Of a stretch of 64,000 nt of DNA, positions 36,945 to 49,505 are shown one piece after another. The notes under the pieces are model-generated. The model did no database searches. It saw only the letters and a list, made by a program, of their open reading frames with translations, and was not told the origin of the DNA. The position numbers and the translations under genes are program-made. Source of the stretch: Selaginella moellendorffii (lineage: Eukaryota > Plantae > Lycopodiophyta); NCBI RefSeq assembly GCF_000143415.4, contig NW_003314273.1, positions 2,728,719 to 2,792,718 on the forward strand, given 5' to 3'. Position 1 is the first letter of the stretch. Each line of letters begins with the position of its first letter.

Positions 36945-37592
36945 TTAAATCTCGTTCATGACTAGAAACATCGAAACCACAAACAACGAGTCCACTCCAA
37001 GTTCAATCTCTATGCTGTAGCTGTGGCATCCCGCAATGCTTGCCAGTTTCCACTTGTACCTTGCCTGTGGATCAATCTCAAAATCTCTTCTTCGCAGAAG
37101 AACAGAGAGACATACCTTTGCAATCAGCTGTCCAGTATCAGTCCTGCGTAAGCTGTACTTCCCGGTGAAGTCGCATCCAGTGAGCTTGAAATCGGGCGTG
37201 GTGCTCTCCCCGAGGTACACATCCACGCATAACTCTAGCCGGAAGCAAGGCTTCTTCGCTGTGAAGAGAAACTTGTCTTCGTCGAGATAGGCCTTCCACT
37301 TGCTCTGGAAACTAAATGCCTGCCAAACGGGTTACTATTTAGAGAAAAGAGAGATGTTTTAGTACCTCTTTGTGGAGCACGAGAATAACCTTTCCACTGG
37401 AATCCATAACTCTCCGCTGGCGACCGCATCCAAAGTTTCCATCCACTGCAAAAACGTCGTTTTGTTTTGCATCCCAGACGGTTTACTTCCCACAGCTGAA
37501 GACTCTCGAGCTGGAGAGAGTGAGATCCACAGACTGGAAGTCTCAAAACTGTGCTCCGCAACAACCTTGGCAGAATCTTGATCGAAACCCAT
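36945..37592 (-). pseudogene. LURP-one-related pseudogene (inverted copy of 31991 gene)
   Basis: 16-nt deletion after GTTGTTGC in exon 1 shifts frame; TAC>TAA stop after MNEI. Confidence 0.85.
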
Positions 37593-38130
37593 AACCTTAC
37601 CAAGCCTTTGCAAGAGCAAAGCTCTTCACTGACTAATCTCCTCTAAGACGCGTTTTAACTCTTGGTGGGAACGGCTAATCAATGAGTGGGACACAACCAA
37701 AGGGATAATTTCGTGTTTTTTTTCCCGTGTCGGTAACTACAGTATAAATCCCGGCTAAAGCCGAAAAATGGAGTAGAGTACACGCTGGACCTCCAGTGTA
37801 CGCAAAGACGTAGGAAATACCGCAACTGCGTAAGCACCACATCCCCAAACAAAGCTGGAGTGGCGCGCGCGATTGGGGCTATTGCGATACGCTGGGCACT
37901 ACCTCAAACGCTCCATGTCCGAGGATGAGTGAGGATCACCCCAGCAGGGGATTTGATCACCATGGGCCACTATAGCTTCAACAAGCAATCGGACAAGAAT
38001 GTCAATCCAATGCAAGGAAACCGCTAACCAATGCCCGCCATAGCTGCCTGGAAGAAACTGTCTAGAAGTGAAATTCTTCCGTTTCACGATTTCGCCATAT
38101 TATGTAATGATGAACTTGCATTTAATGGAC

Positions 38131-38797
38131 TCAACTTGGGATGGATCCATTAAATTGACGTCCCACGATGGTTAAAATCATTGAAACCACAAATAGCGAG
38201 TCCACTCCAGGCTCAATTTCTATGCTGTAGCTCGCAACGCATGCCAGATTCCTCTTGGACCTTGCCTGTGGATCAAACTCAAAGTCTCTTTGAAGAAGAA
38301 GAAAACATAGACATACCTTTGCAATCAGCTCTCCAGTATCAGTCCTGTGTAAGCAGTATTTCCCGGTGAAGGCGCTTCCAGTGAGCTTGAAATCGGGCGT
38401 GGTGTTCTCGCCGAGGTACACATCCACGCATAACTCTAGCCGGAAGAAGAAAGGCCGCTTCGTTGTAAAGAGGAGCTTGTCTTCGTCGAGATAGACCTTC
38501 CACTTGTTCTGGAAACTACATGCCTGCCTAACGGTTTTCTGAGAATTCGAAAGGAAAAGAAAGATGCGTTTCAAGTACCACTTTCTGGAGCACGAGAAGA
38601 AGCTTTCCACTGGAATCCATAACTCTCCGCTGGCGACCGCAGCCAAATTTCCCATCCACTGCAAAAACTTGGTTTTGTTCTGCATCCCGGACTGTATACT
38701 TCCCACAGCTGAAGACTCCCGAGCTGGAAAGAGTGAGATCTACGGCCTGGAAGTCACAAAACTGTGATCCAGCAACAGGCAAAGCCGCGACAGCCAT
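38131..38797 (-). CDS. LURP-one-related protein (inverted copy of 30687 gene), 3 exons
   Basis: Same exon structure, open frame to FNGSIPS*. Confidence 0.85.
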
Positions 38798-39745
38798 AGT
38801 CTTAGCCTGGAGCTGGAAAATCACCGAGCCTTATCAAGATAAATTTTTTCCAGGCGATGAACAGAGAAATCCAGGATGCTCTGACTAACTTCCTTTAAGA
38901 CGAGTTAAATAAAGCCACACTCCTCTGTGTCAGAGTTGTCTCGCTCGGTCAACTTTTCATGCGGTGAAAGTAAGATGGAGTTTTGTAACTCTTGAATGAT
39001 CAATCAGTGGAGAATAAACCGTGAAGAGAGAGAAATATAAACTTTTGTGGATAATTTTGTTCCGAGGAGAAGGCCATGCTTTTGAGTTGCCTTGCATCTA
39101 ATCTAGAACAAATCTTGATAGACAACTTAACTTGCGCAAGACCAGAATATCTCTGCAAAGAGCAGTCACAAAGGTTGTAGTTTTGACCTCCAATTTTGTA
39201 AAATTCATAGAAAATTTTCCTCAGAGGAATTTGTCATGCTCATTCCAGCTCTCGCGACTTTGTGATGATGTATGGCTGGCTTACGGATCTTCCTGGTGGC
39301 ATCCCTCTCTTGTATTTGGTGTTGCTCTTGCGCAATCTATATGCACCAAAAACTAGAAATATTGTTAATCACCAGCTTTTACCACGTGCTCTCAAAAGTA
39401 AGTTCAAGGTTACTCTAGTGTGGAGCTTTTGGGGTGAACAACATTTATTCTATAGCCTCTTTGCTGGGTGTGCTGAAGAGCAGAAGGTTTCTTCTTTACA
39501 AATTTGTCTAAAATCATTTGAGAAACCTTTGCGTCAAAACGTCAATTCGTCCGTCATGGTGGCAAATTCGACCTAATAGCGAAGATACTAAAGAAGTTTT
39601 GCTAAGGCACGGATTTGCCTCTTACTGTGTGTAGCTCGAATTTTGATTTGCGAATATGCTAACCATTTAAATGGCATTTTTATCCGAGTGGCTGGCAAAA
39701 TATCTCTTTTAAGTCCTTGTCACAAAGTAATTACATGAATTTCTC

Positions 39746-41521
39746 CTACAAGGTGACATGGTTTTGGTTTGCTATTTGATAGGCATTTACAAAGATTCCA
39801 TGGAATCCATATGGCACTCTAGCAGGCAACTCTATAGAAGCCACTGTCTCAAGCGTGGGCGATTTAGCATCCATGATCAAAAGCTCCGAGACACCACTCT
39901 TCTCATCATGGACGTAGCTTAAGACGTATCCATCGTCTTCTTCCTCGCCGTTCGCCACAAAGAAAGGCTCGCCACAAAACTTACCACGTTCGAATCTCCT
40001 CGACGCCACAATGCACGGCTCCTTGAGGTCCGGGTCACTTGCACCGTCGATTACCACTCTGGGCAGTCGTGGAGCGTCTAGATCGACCTTGGCCAGGCCG
40101 GAGAATTTGGGCCATGGCCCATAGTAGCACATGTAGACGTACCGATTCTTTCGCCCCAGGAATTTCTGGTTGATCTGTCCAAAATCTAGTCCGGCCGAGC
40201 ACACGTGTTGCTTCCACGACCGTCCAGATCGAAGGTCCAGGTGGATCTCGTGCAATCTGCTGGACAATCCGGCTACGTCATCGAACAGACATTCCACCGG
40301 CGAAATAGACGAGCTGAGCACGACGATCTTGTCCGTCCCTTCCTCCCACGCGTTGATGTAGTGGAATGACGTCCAATCCGGAACGTCGATCCAGCGAACG
40401 CCGGAATATCCAACGGTCGGGATGCGAGGGATCACCCCGAATCTGGGAACCTTGGCGGTATCTCCACGGATGGGCATCTTGTTCTGGAGCACTACATCCT
40501 GGATCTTCATCACGACCTGATTCTCTGGGAAGATTGCGTAGTTCTCCGTGATCGCAAAATCGTGAAACAGGCACGGCTCGCGCAACCACACGTCGAAATC
40601 GGGGCTTTTCCTCCCTTCCCGGCTCGCCCAGAAGTAGCGGAGGTGGGGATTGATCACTGGATTGAAGCTAAACGCGAAGAGCTCGCCAGAGGTTGGATCG
40701 ATCTTTGGATGAGCGCACATTGGCAGTAGCAATCGCTTGTTGAAGTTGTAGCGACCCATGGTGATCAAATCCCCTGCTGGGGTGATATTCACGGCATATG
40801 GCATATCATCCTCGGACATGGCAAGAATTCGGCGATCGAAGTAGGCCATCCCAGCGTTGGAAGTTCCCATCCCGCCCAAGATATCGATCAGGCCCAGAGC
40901 CGCGCGCATCGCGAATAGCCCCAGTCGCGCGAGCCCGGGATAGCTGCTCATGGTGCCCAGTGTGTAGGGGAAGAGAATCTTGCCCGCAGTTTGCTCCTGG
41001 AGGAATCGATTGGTCTGGGTGAATCGCGCGCAGTAGATTGGAGCGTGATGTTCTTCGCGATCATCATCGCCCGGGAACTTGATCGCGTGGAGCATCCCGT
41101 GGCCATCGAAGTAGTGGTAGCCGGCGGGAGGGGGATGGAGTGGATTGGAGCCATTGCGGATGTAAGCACCGCCGCGGAGGCAGCGAGGGATCGAGCCAGT
41201 GACTCGGCGGCATGGCGTCGGCGGGGATTCTCCGACCGGGGCGAAGTTGTCCGCGAGCTGGATCTTGGGGTCTTGCGAGGGAGGGAACTCCCGGGGATCG
41301 ATGTACGTGGCGATGAGATTCTCCACAGTGTCGCACAGGGCTACTGCCGCCGCCCGCGCCTCGTCGATTGGATTGGGGATGGAGAATCCGAGGGCGTTGT
41401 TGTTCTTGCGAGAGGTCTCTCTCGATTTGGTGGCGGTGGCTGTGATCCTTGATGATCTTCTCCTGGGTGGAGCTGGGAAGAAGGAGCTGCTAATGCCATA
41501 ACCAGTGCCAATGGCATACAT
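39746..41521 (-). CDS. Intronless carotenoid cleavage dioxygenase (NCED/CCD4-like), plastid transit peptide; copy 1
   Basis: NFAPV, GAYIRNGSNP, four Fe-ligand His motifs (CAHPKIDP, FHDFAITE, FHYINAWEE, YGFHGIF), GEPFFV, EDDGYVL. First ATG in good position at 41521. Confidence 0.95.
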   Translation of the reverse strand: MYAIGTGYGISSSFFPAPPRRRSSRITATATKSRETSRKNNNALGFSIPNPIDEARAAAVALCDTVENLIATYIDPREFPPSQDPKIQLADNFAPVGESPPTPCRRVTGSIPRCLRGGAYIRNGSNPLHPPPAGYHYFDGHGMLHAIKFPGDDDREEHHAPIYCARFTQTNRFLQEQTAGKILFPYTLGTMSSYPGLARLGLFAMRAALGLIDILGGMGTSNAGMAYFDRRILAMSEDDMPYAVNITPAGDLITMGRYNFNKRLLLPMCAHPKIDPTSGELFAFSFNPVINPHLRYFWASREGRKSPDFDVWLREPCLFHDFAITENYAIFPENQVVMKIQDVVLQNKMPIRGDTAKVPRFGVIPRIPTVGYSGVRWIDVPDWTSFHYINAWEEGTDKIVVLSSSISPVECLFDDVAGLSSRLHEIHLDLRSGRSWKQHVCSAGLDFGQINQKFLGRKNRYVYMCYYGPWPKFSGLAKVDLDAPRLPRVVIDGASDPDLKEPCIVASRRFERGKFCGEPFFVANGEEEDDGYVLSYVHDEKSGVSELLIMDAKSPTLETVASIELPARVPYGFHGIFVNAYQIANQNHVTL

Positions 41522-42160
41522 TGCGACCACCTTCCAAATCAAAGCCCAAGACCAGTGCCAGTGGCATACATTGCGATCAATCACAAGTAATTTGATCTCT
41601 CAACCGATGTTTTGAGCTATGGATTGATCATCTCTCTGAGCCACACACTTCGCATAGATATTTCCACCAAAAAGGTGTCTCCGCGAAATATCAGTTGGCA
41701 TGTGAGTCGGTGGTAGGGCTGACTCAGAATAACGGTACCTTGCCATGTCAGCGAGTGAGTCATCATAGTTTGGGTGGTCCTGCGTTCGATTCTAGCCAGC
41801 CGCAAGAGAAAGTTTTTAAAAAATATTGGGGGTTTCGTTTTTAGGGTTCTAGCTCGATGAGAATCGGATCGAAAGAAATGTGTCCCGATTTTCCAGCGAT
41901 AGTTTTTCCTGGATCGCCTACATTCAGCTTCTCGAAGCGATCTCCATCATTGTGGGAAGAAATTGATTTCGCGATTGGATAGGGTTCTTGTTGACGATAG
42001 GACACATTTCTAGTACGACTGATTCGCAGTACACTGAACAAAGGCAACGACATGCCTGGTGAGTTTGTTTACGCATCCTTTTCTTTTTTCTTCTTAGATC
42101 GATCGATTCACGTCACAAAACGTGGTTTTGACTTCCACAATGGTTTTTTTTTTTTTTTTT

Positions 42161-42390
42161 TTTGGTACCAAGCGGGTCATCCACACCTCATTATCGCAAA
42201 TGCGTGGCGACTAATCACGGTATTTATTTCCTAATCCCACTCGTTGTCTTAAGCTCATTTCTTTTTTTGCTTTTTTTGTTTTTGGTACCAAGCGGGTCAT
42301 CCACACCTCATTATCGCAAATGCGTGGCGACTAAACACGGTATTTATTTCTTAATCCCACTCGTTGTCTTAGCTCATTTCTTTTTTTTGC
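42161..42390. repeat. Tandem duplication, 120-bp period, 2 copies
   Basis: TGGTACCAAGCGGGTCATCCACACCTCATTATCGCAAATGCGTGGCGACTAA at 42163 and 42283. Confidence 0.95.
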
Positions 42391-42601
42391 TGCTACGTTT
42401 ACGTCAGGTTGTGTTGCTCATCGTTTGTCTTGACCGATTTCCAGATACCGATGAGGAGCGGCCCCTTTGCTTCGGTGTTCCATGTCGCCATCGCCATCAG
42501 CAGCAGCGCAGCACGGCGAGGAGTATGCGTAAATTCCCGGCGGTGGCAACAGTGCTAATGCTAGTAGCACTTAAGATCCCCGTAAGCCACGAACAAAAAC
42601 G

Positions 42602-43429
42602 ATGACGGCTTCTTCAAGGACGACCATGGCACTTAATCAAGTTGAGGGAAAGGCAGGAGTAGGCTTGGTCCCTGTGGTTCGGCACGAGTTTTGTGCGCAC
42701 GATGGCATGGAGTTGATACTCTCCAAGGTCGAGGCATGGAGTTGGGGCAATTACACTGTCACCGATGGAGTTGGGAATTTCCTCATCACGGTGGAAGGGA
42801 GGCTGAGCTTGCGATGGACTCGGACTCTGCTGGATTCGAGCGGGACACGGATCCTCAAGATCCACAAGAAGTTCATGGTTTGTTGCAGCTCCTAGATAGC
42901 AAAGTTTTGGTTTTTCTTGTTTACATTTTTCTGACAAGGTTTCTCTTTCCGAGACAGAACCCAAGCATCTTCGATGCCTTCATTGACGGTGAAGACGGCG
43001 CGAGGAGAGTGTTCACAGTGCAATCTTCGTTGGAAGCACCGGCTTCACGCTTTTCTCTCAAGGTGTTCTTGCCAGTGAAAGGCTCCGAGCCGGATCTCTC
43101 CATGGATCCCGACTTTAAGCTCGAGGGGGCCTACTTCCAAAATGATTACGGTATCTATTGCGGAGAAAGGTCGATTGCACAGGTACGATTTCTGTGATCT
43201 TCCTCTTTCTTTTCTGTACTTTGGAAAGAATGTTTCTCAGTATGCACCTGACAATTGATATCGTCCCGTGCAGGCCTCACGAAAGCCAGACGCGTCCAGC
43301 TTTGTTCTGGGATGCGGTGCTTATACCGTTGCGGTTTTTCCTGGGGTCGACCACGTCTTTGTAGTCGCCCTCGTACTGATAATGGACGAGCTACACTTGG
43401 AGGCCAGCGTGGGTCACGACTCGACTTAA
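42602..43429 (+). CDS. Divergent LURP-one-related protein, 3 exons
   Basis: VPVVRHEFC, GNYTVTDGVGN, LLDSSGTRILKI, PDFKLEG, YTVAVFPGVDHVFVVALVLIMDE. Confidence 0.87.
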
Positions 43430-43917
43430 CTTGCGTGGAGAAGCGAAAACGAGAGAGAAACATCACTACTGCCTTGTAAGTGAACTCCATTTTTTCGGGT
43501 TTATATCTTCGTTGGACATACATCGCAGGGATTTATATGTCGCTACTGTGCTGTGGTGTTTATCTTAACCGACACGAGAGAAAAAAAACACGAAATTATC
43601 CAGAGAAGTTGATTTTTCCTTGGTTTATCTCTTCATGGCTTTTTCTGTGTTTGACATTGCTTGTTGAGCTTACAGCAGGTCCCACTGATTGATTACCTGT
43701 TCCGTACAAAACTCCAGCTCAAATGAAGATTACTTCCACCGCACGGAAAGTTGACCGAAGAGCAGACGTGTGGCTTCATTTACGCTTAAAACGCGTCCTA
43801 GAGGAGATTAGTCAGAGCATGGAAGCCTCCTGGATTTCTCCGTTCATCTTCCTCGCAAGCATGGAGAGCTTTGCTCTTGAAAAGGCTTGATGGTTTTCCA
43901 GTTCCAAACTGAAGGCT

Positions 43918-44622
43918 ATGGGTTTCGATCAAGATTCTGCCAAGGCTGTTGCGGCTTTGCCTGTTGTTGGAGCACAATTTTGCGACTTCCAGGCTGTGAA
44001 TCTCACTCTCTCCAGCGCGGGAGTCTTCAGCTGTGGGAAGTATACCGTCCGGGATGAAAAACAAAACGACGTTTTTGCAGTGGATGGGAACTGTGGATGC
44101 GGCCGCCAGCGGAGAGTTATGGATTCCAGTGGAAAGGTTCTTCTTGTGCTCCACAAAGAGGTACTTAAACACATCTATCTTTTCCTTCGAAACTTAGAAA
44201 CCCGTTTGCAGGCATTTAGTTTCCAGAACAAGTGGAAGGCCTATCTTGACGAAGACAAGCTTCTCTTCACAGCGAAGAAGCCTTGCTTCCGGCTAAAGTT
44301 CTGCGTCGATGTGTACCTCGGCGAGAACACCACGCCCGATTTCAAGCTCACTGGATGCTGCTTCACGGGGAAGTACAGCTTGCGCAGGACTGATACTGGA
44401 GAGCTGATTGCAAAGGTATGTCTCTCTGTTATTCTGCGACGAAGAGATTTTGAGTTTGATCCACAGGCAAGGTACATATGGAAACTGGCAAGCATTGCGA
44501 GATGCCACAGCTACAGCATAGAGATTGAGCCTGGAGTGGACTCGTTGTTTGTGGTTTCTATGTTTCTAGTCATGAACGAGATCTACCTCGACAAACCAGC
44601 TGCTGGTGGTGGTGGAGGTTGA
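43918..44622 (+). CDS. LURP-one-related protein, 3 exons
   Basis: Paralog of 31991 gene; both short introns happen to be in-frame in the ORF track. Confidence 0.88.
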   Translation: MGFDQDSAKAVAALPVVGAQFCDFQAVNLTLSSAGVFSCGKYTVRDEKQNDVFAVDGNCGCGRQRRVMDSSGKVLLVLHKEVLKHIYLFLRNLETRLQAFSFQNKWKAYLDEDKLLFTAKKPCFRLKFCVDVYLGENTTPDFKLTGCCFTGKYSLRRTDTGELIAKVCLSVILRRRDFEFDPQARYIWKLASIARCHSYSIEIEPGVDSLFVVSMFLVMNEIYLDKPAAGGGGG

Positions 44623-45714
44623 AATTGCGGTTCATTGCTTGTTTCTAGTATACTATTTGTGAGTGTTTTCAAGGATTATGTTATTACTGTGTTGGGCCTC
44701 TTTGGCGTTTTTCTGCTCTTTCCAAGTCTCTAGATTCATCGTTGGAAAAATTCACTCGGATCTAAATTTCTTTAGATCTCTGATCTCTTTTAAAGATTTC
44801 TTTAACAGACATTCCCACTGGAATTATGTTGTTTCCTGTGTCTAACTAAATTTCCTTATGCTGAGGAAGCTTTGATGTGAGAATGGCTCCATGCATTTTC
44901 TATCCACCTTCGGATTTACATAGTCCGGCTATTAGTTTTGTTAAAGTTTAAAATTTAATGTTTTATTAACGTGTTGTAGGGCGATCTCTTCGCATGTAAT
45001 AATAATAATACATGTTTTTGGAGGTCTCAATTGGAGGCATGAGACCACTAGTGGGTATTTGTGATAATCAAATATTTAGTCATTCTCATTTCAACGTAGG
45101 AAAGTGTGAGAAATAAGGCCATCGAAATTTGAATACCGTAAACAGATCTCTGAGATTTTACTCATATTTTTGCATCTCAGAAATTAGCAATGCTTAATGC
45201 AGTGGATGGCAAGCCTTAGAACTGATAACTCCTACAAACTCTAACATGCAAGAAGAAGAGTCGTCAATTGCTTGAATCAATCTTTCAACTCTTACTATAA
45301 TACATTTTTTTTTTTTTGGGGGGGGGGGGGCGGGAGGGGCCTTTTGGCGCCCAGGTAGATACATACAACTACTTGTGAAATGAAGAATGTATTACCTGTC
45401 TACTCTCTCCAACTTGACGCTCCCTTAGCTCCTCCATGCGACAAAGATAAATGGCCAGCTGATGGCCTGGTTCTCGGCCTAGTTCTCTAGGAAGCCCGCG
45501 GGATCCCTTTAGCTCGTCTTAAGAGAGCATGTGGAAGGCTATACAGTCATAGACAACGTGAAAGACATCTTCCACCCTGTAAATTGCATTATTGATCCGT
45601 CTCACACAGATCCCAATGACTTAGCAAATAACGATGATGATAAAACTAGGTATTCCAACGCTTCCAAGTTGGGAGTATGGTCAGGGACGCTAAAAGTCCA
45701 AAGAAAACGATAAA

Positions 45715-45900
45715 ATTACAACGTCCCGTTCTTGTTTTCCAAAGCTTGTCTCTACGCTGGCTTGCGTACCATAAAGTCTAGAATCGTGGCCTTTCTTCCC
45801 AGCTTTCCTCTCTGGACCGGCTTCAGATTTTGAAGTGCCGCTTTCAGCAGAGACATCAATTTTCAAATAGCTGGAGTGGTTATAAACTCAAGCTGTCTGA
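45715..45900 (-). pseudogene. Inverted RHL1 3' fragment
   Basis: Reverse complement of 27905-28140 (AAGGCCACGATTCTAGACTTTATGGTACGCAAGCCAGCG). Confidence 0.85.
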
Positions 45901-46871
45901 ACTTCGCAAGTTCTGCCACAAACCTATTGTTGTGGTGTGCCAAGAACAATTTGGGGGATCTATTTGTGATGTCGCGACGAGGTGATCCAGCCATGTCATG
46001 AACATAGTTTTTGTGTTGCTATATAACGGTAGTAGTTAGAGCTAGTTTGTTTGCTGTGTTTTTTTTTTCCTGATTCACTATGTGGCTGCCCTTCGCTTGA
46101 GAGACAACACCCACAGGAACAAAAAAACAAGCATCTTCCACTCAAAGGTAGCAGTACAGCAGAGGAGCACCAGATTGTGATCTCGTAAATTCAGTACTAG
46201 CATTACAATATGCGATTCCGAAAGCTTTTGGCGCGTGAAAACAGACTACTATACTACTGCTGCTGATCAAGCCCACAAGATGGTCAGGTTTTCTTGGCTG
46301 AGTGGGGGAATAGATAAGTTTCCAATTTCTTTTCTGTTCTTTCTTTTGTTTTTCTAATATTTGAAGAGTTGGCAAGTCGTGGAGTGGAGAAGTGTCGAGA
46401 TTCTAGAGAATATTTTTGCTGATCCAGCTTTATCTCGGCTGAGTGGGGGTGTGATTCCATTGCCTTGTCACGGTTTGAAGAATATATCTATCCTAATTGA
46501 TTCCCACTTCTTCAAAATGGCTGGTTCTTCCGGCCAAGCATCTATTACGTCAAGAACACCACAATAGGACGCAATGAGGAGTGGCTTACCAGTCATGAAG
46601 TTCAAGTATGGTTTTTCTCTCTTTTGTGAGAACTTTTGCTGGAAATGATTGTTTGCACCCATCTCATTTTCTTCTGTAAATCCCGGGAAAAAGAAAGAAG
46701 GCATCCTTGTCGCTGCCAATGCGCTTGAAAGAACACCAGCCCCAGTGCTAGGAGTAGCAGCAAAATCTTTCTTTAACTCCAAAGCTCGCAGTCTCGATAA
46801 CTTGTTTGCTCCGAAGCCATTGTATAGAGTTTCTCGTCAATTTCTTGGCGATACCAGATCTATTGTTCGGA

Positions 46872-48911
46872 ATGGCAGCAACAGCAGCAGTGATGGTGGA
46901 GGAGAAGAAGTTTAGTAGGGATGAGTTCGTGGAGCCCGACGAGAACAATGCCACCGACGTGTCATGGAACAGACCGTCAAGGAAATCGACAAGCGGAAAC
47001 TGGAAAGCCTGTTGGCTCATCTTCGGTGAGCAAATGTCCCACCCACCTTTTGCAACGGACTAACACTAGCTTCTCATGCTTCTGCGATATCTCAACTTCT
47101 CTTCTTTACCATACTTCATCTTTTCTTCTATAACTTTTTCTTTATATTTTCCTGATAGTACTTTGTATGTCTCTGTGATCGATCGCCAGGTTGCGAGGTG
47201 TGTGAGCGAGTTGCGTACTACGCCATCTCTTCCAACTTGGCCAACTATCTCTTTCAGCAGCTCCACGAGAATCGAGCGGACGCTGCCAACAACGTGAACA
47301 ATTGGAGCGGAACTCTCTACCTGGTGCCACTCCTGGGAGCGTTTCTCGGCGACTCTTTCGGCCGATACGTCACCCTTTCCACCTTCCTCTGCATCTATCT
47401 CATGGTAAAGCTCCCATCCTTATAACCTTGTTTCTTCGAACTTACCGAGGCTTTGGGCGCAGGCCCTGGTTCTCATCACCGTGTCCGTCAGCGTCCCAGG
47501 CATCAAGACTGAGAAAAACCAGCCCGTGAGCTCCACCCAGTCGGGATTCTTCTACTTTGCGCTCTATCTCATGGCGTTGGGCGCCGGCGGGATCAAACCC
47601 AACGTCACCTCCTTCGCAGGGGACCAATTCGACGAGGAAGACCCACAGGAATCCAAGCGCAAAATGTCTTTCCTCAACTGGTGGTTCGTGAGCATCAGCT
47701 CGGGCAACGTGTTCTCGGTCACTGCCCTCGTCTACATCCAGGTGACTTACGGATGGACGTGGGGATGGGGCGGCGCCACCGCTGTCGTCGCCCTCGCCAC
47801 CCTCCTCTTCTTCTCCGGGAGATCAAACTATCGCACCCAAAAGCCCGCTGGAAGTCCCTTCACCCGCGTCGCCCAGGTCCTGGTGGCGGCCACCAGGAAG
47901 TGGAATGTGTGCGTTCCAGACGACGATGAGAGGCTGTACGAGCCGAGCGACAAGGAGGCGCAGTTCCCACACATCCGGAACCTCCCCAGGAGTAAAGAAT
48001 TCACGTAAGTCCATCGAGCTAGTTAAAGAGAGAACAATCTTAGCTTACTACGATTGATCGCGAGCAGATTCCTGGACAAGGCGGCGGTGGTGAGCGAGAA
48101 GGATCTGCAGAGCAAGGAAGTGAAGCCGTGGAGCCTGTGCCCAGTGACCCAAGTGGAGGAAGTGAAGCTCCTGGTGCGAGTGATGCCCATCTGGTTCACG
48201 AACCTCATCTTTAGCAGCGTGTTCGCCCAGGTGGGCACCTTCTTCCTCAACCAGGGCGACACCATGGAGCGGCATTTGGGGCGATTGCAGATCCCAGCCG
48301 CCTCATTCACGCTCTTCATCACCCTCACCATTTGCATCATCATGCCGCTCTACGACCGGTGCTTCGTGCCATTCGCGCGCCGGATCACGGGGAACGAGCG
48401 AGGGATCACGATGCTCCAGCGCATCGGGATCGGCCAGGTCATCTCCACGGTCTCCATCGCCATCGCCGCGCTGGTGGAGATGAAGCGCTTGCGAGTGGCT
48501 AGGCAACACGGTCTGTTGGATCGCCCCCAGTCGACGGTCCCGATGAGCGTATTCTGGCTCTTGCCGCAGTACGCCCTCGCGGGAGTTTGCGAGGTTTTCA
48601 TCTCCGTCGGCCAGAACGAGTTCTTCTACGATCAAGCCCCGGATTCCATGCGAAGCATTGGAGCCGCGCTCTATCTCAGCACCATCTCCATCGGGAGCTT
48701 CATCAGCAGCTTGCTCGTGGAGATGGTCGTCAAGTTTACAAGCACAAAAGGTGGCGGGGTTGACGGCAACTGGATCAATGACAATCTCAACAGGGCTCAC
48801 ATTGATTACTTCTACTGGCTGCTCACTATTCTCAGCATCATCAACCTTGGGATATATGTCTTGTGCGCGAGGTGGTATACTTACAAGAATGTGGGAGATA
48901 TTGCAATTTGA
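46872..48911 (+). CDS. NPF (NRT1/PTR) family transporter, copy 2 (inverted paralog of 13727-15933)
   Basis: Same four-exon structure, near-identical protein, shorter C-terminus (NVGDIAI*). Confidence 0.93.
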
Positions 48912-49379
48912 TCATCAATCGATGTTATGCAGCAGTTTGCGAGACGAGAGCATACCAGGAGAAACCAAGAGAAGGCAAACCTGGTTGGAATCTATTAATA
49001 AGATACTTATTGTTATATCTTTTAAGTTTAGCTCAAAGTTTGAACTGTGGAAAATGAGAACAGTCGAACTTGAGATTCCAAGCTCAGCCCTTTGTAGTGT
49101 TCTAGTAAAGAAATATTTGAGTTGCTTTTGATTAACTGTGGAAACACAGATCCCTAGCAGGAGGTATCCAGTGAGTTGGAGTGGCCAAGAAAGATTTCTG
49201 GTAACTTGTGCTGGCTAGCTCCACAAAGCTTAGAAAGCTGTACGTTAAATGAGAATCCTTTTGTCAACAAGTGGGAGTTTCTTTGCATACTTTTGCAAAT
49301 GGTCGTGGCAACAACCACAACAAAGAGCTAAGAGAACATAGAAGAAGATTAGCGGCGGATTCTAACACAGCCAAGAAGC

Positions 49380-49505
49380 TAGGAGAGAGAATTGTTGGCA
49401 GGCAACACACAATATCTTCTTGGTGTTACAATCTGGTGGCTTCAGAAGAGTGCCCTGGAGCTGCTGGGGACAAGCCGGAAGAGCTTGAGAGCAGGCAAGG
49501 AAAAA
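49380..49505 (+). repeat. Dispersed direct repeat (partner 63878-64000)
   Basis: GAGAGAATTGTTGGCAGGCAA..CTTGGTGTTACAA..GAGCTTGAGAGCAGGCAAG in both places. Confidence 0.9.

Noticed and set aside
42161-42390. Possible CRISPR-like array
   Set aside because: Only two long near-identical units with no unique spacers; eukaryotic context.
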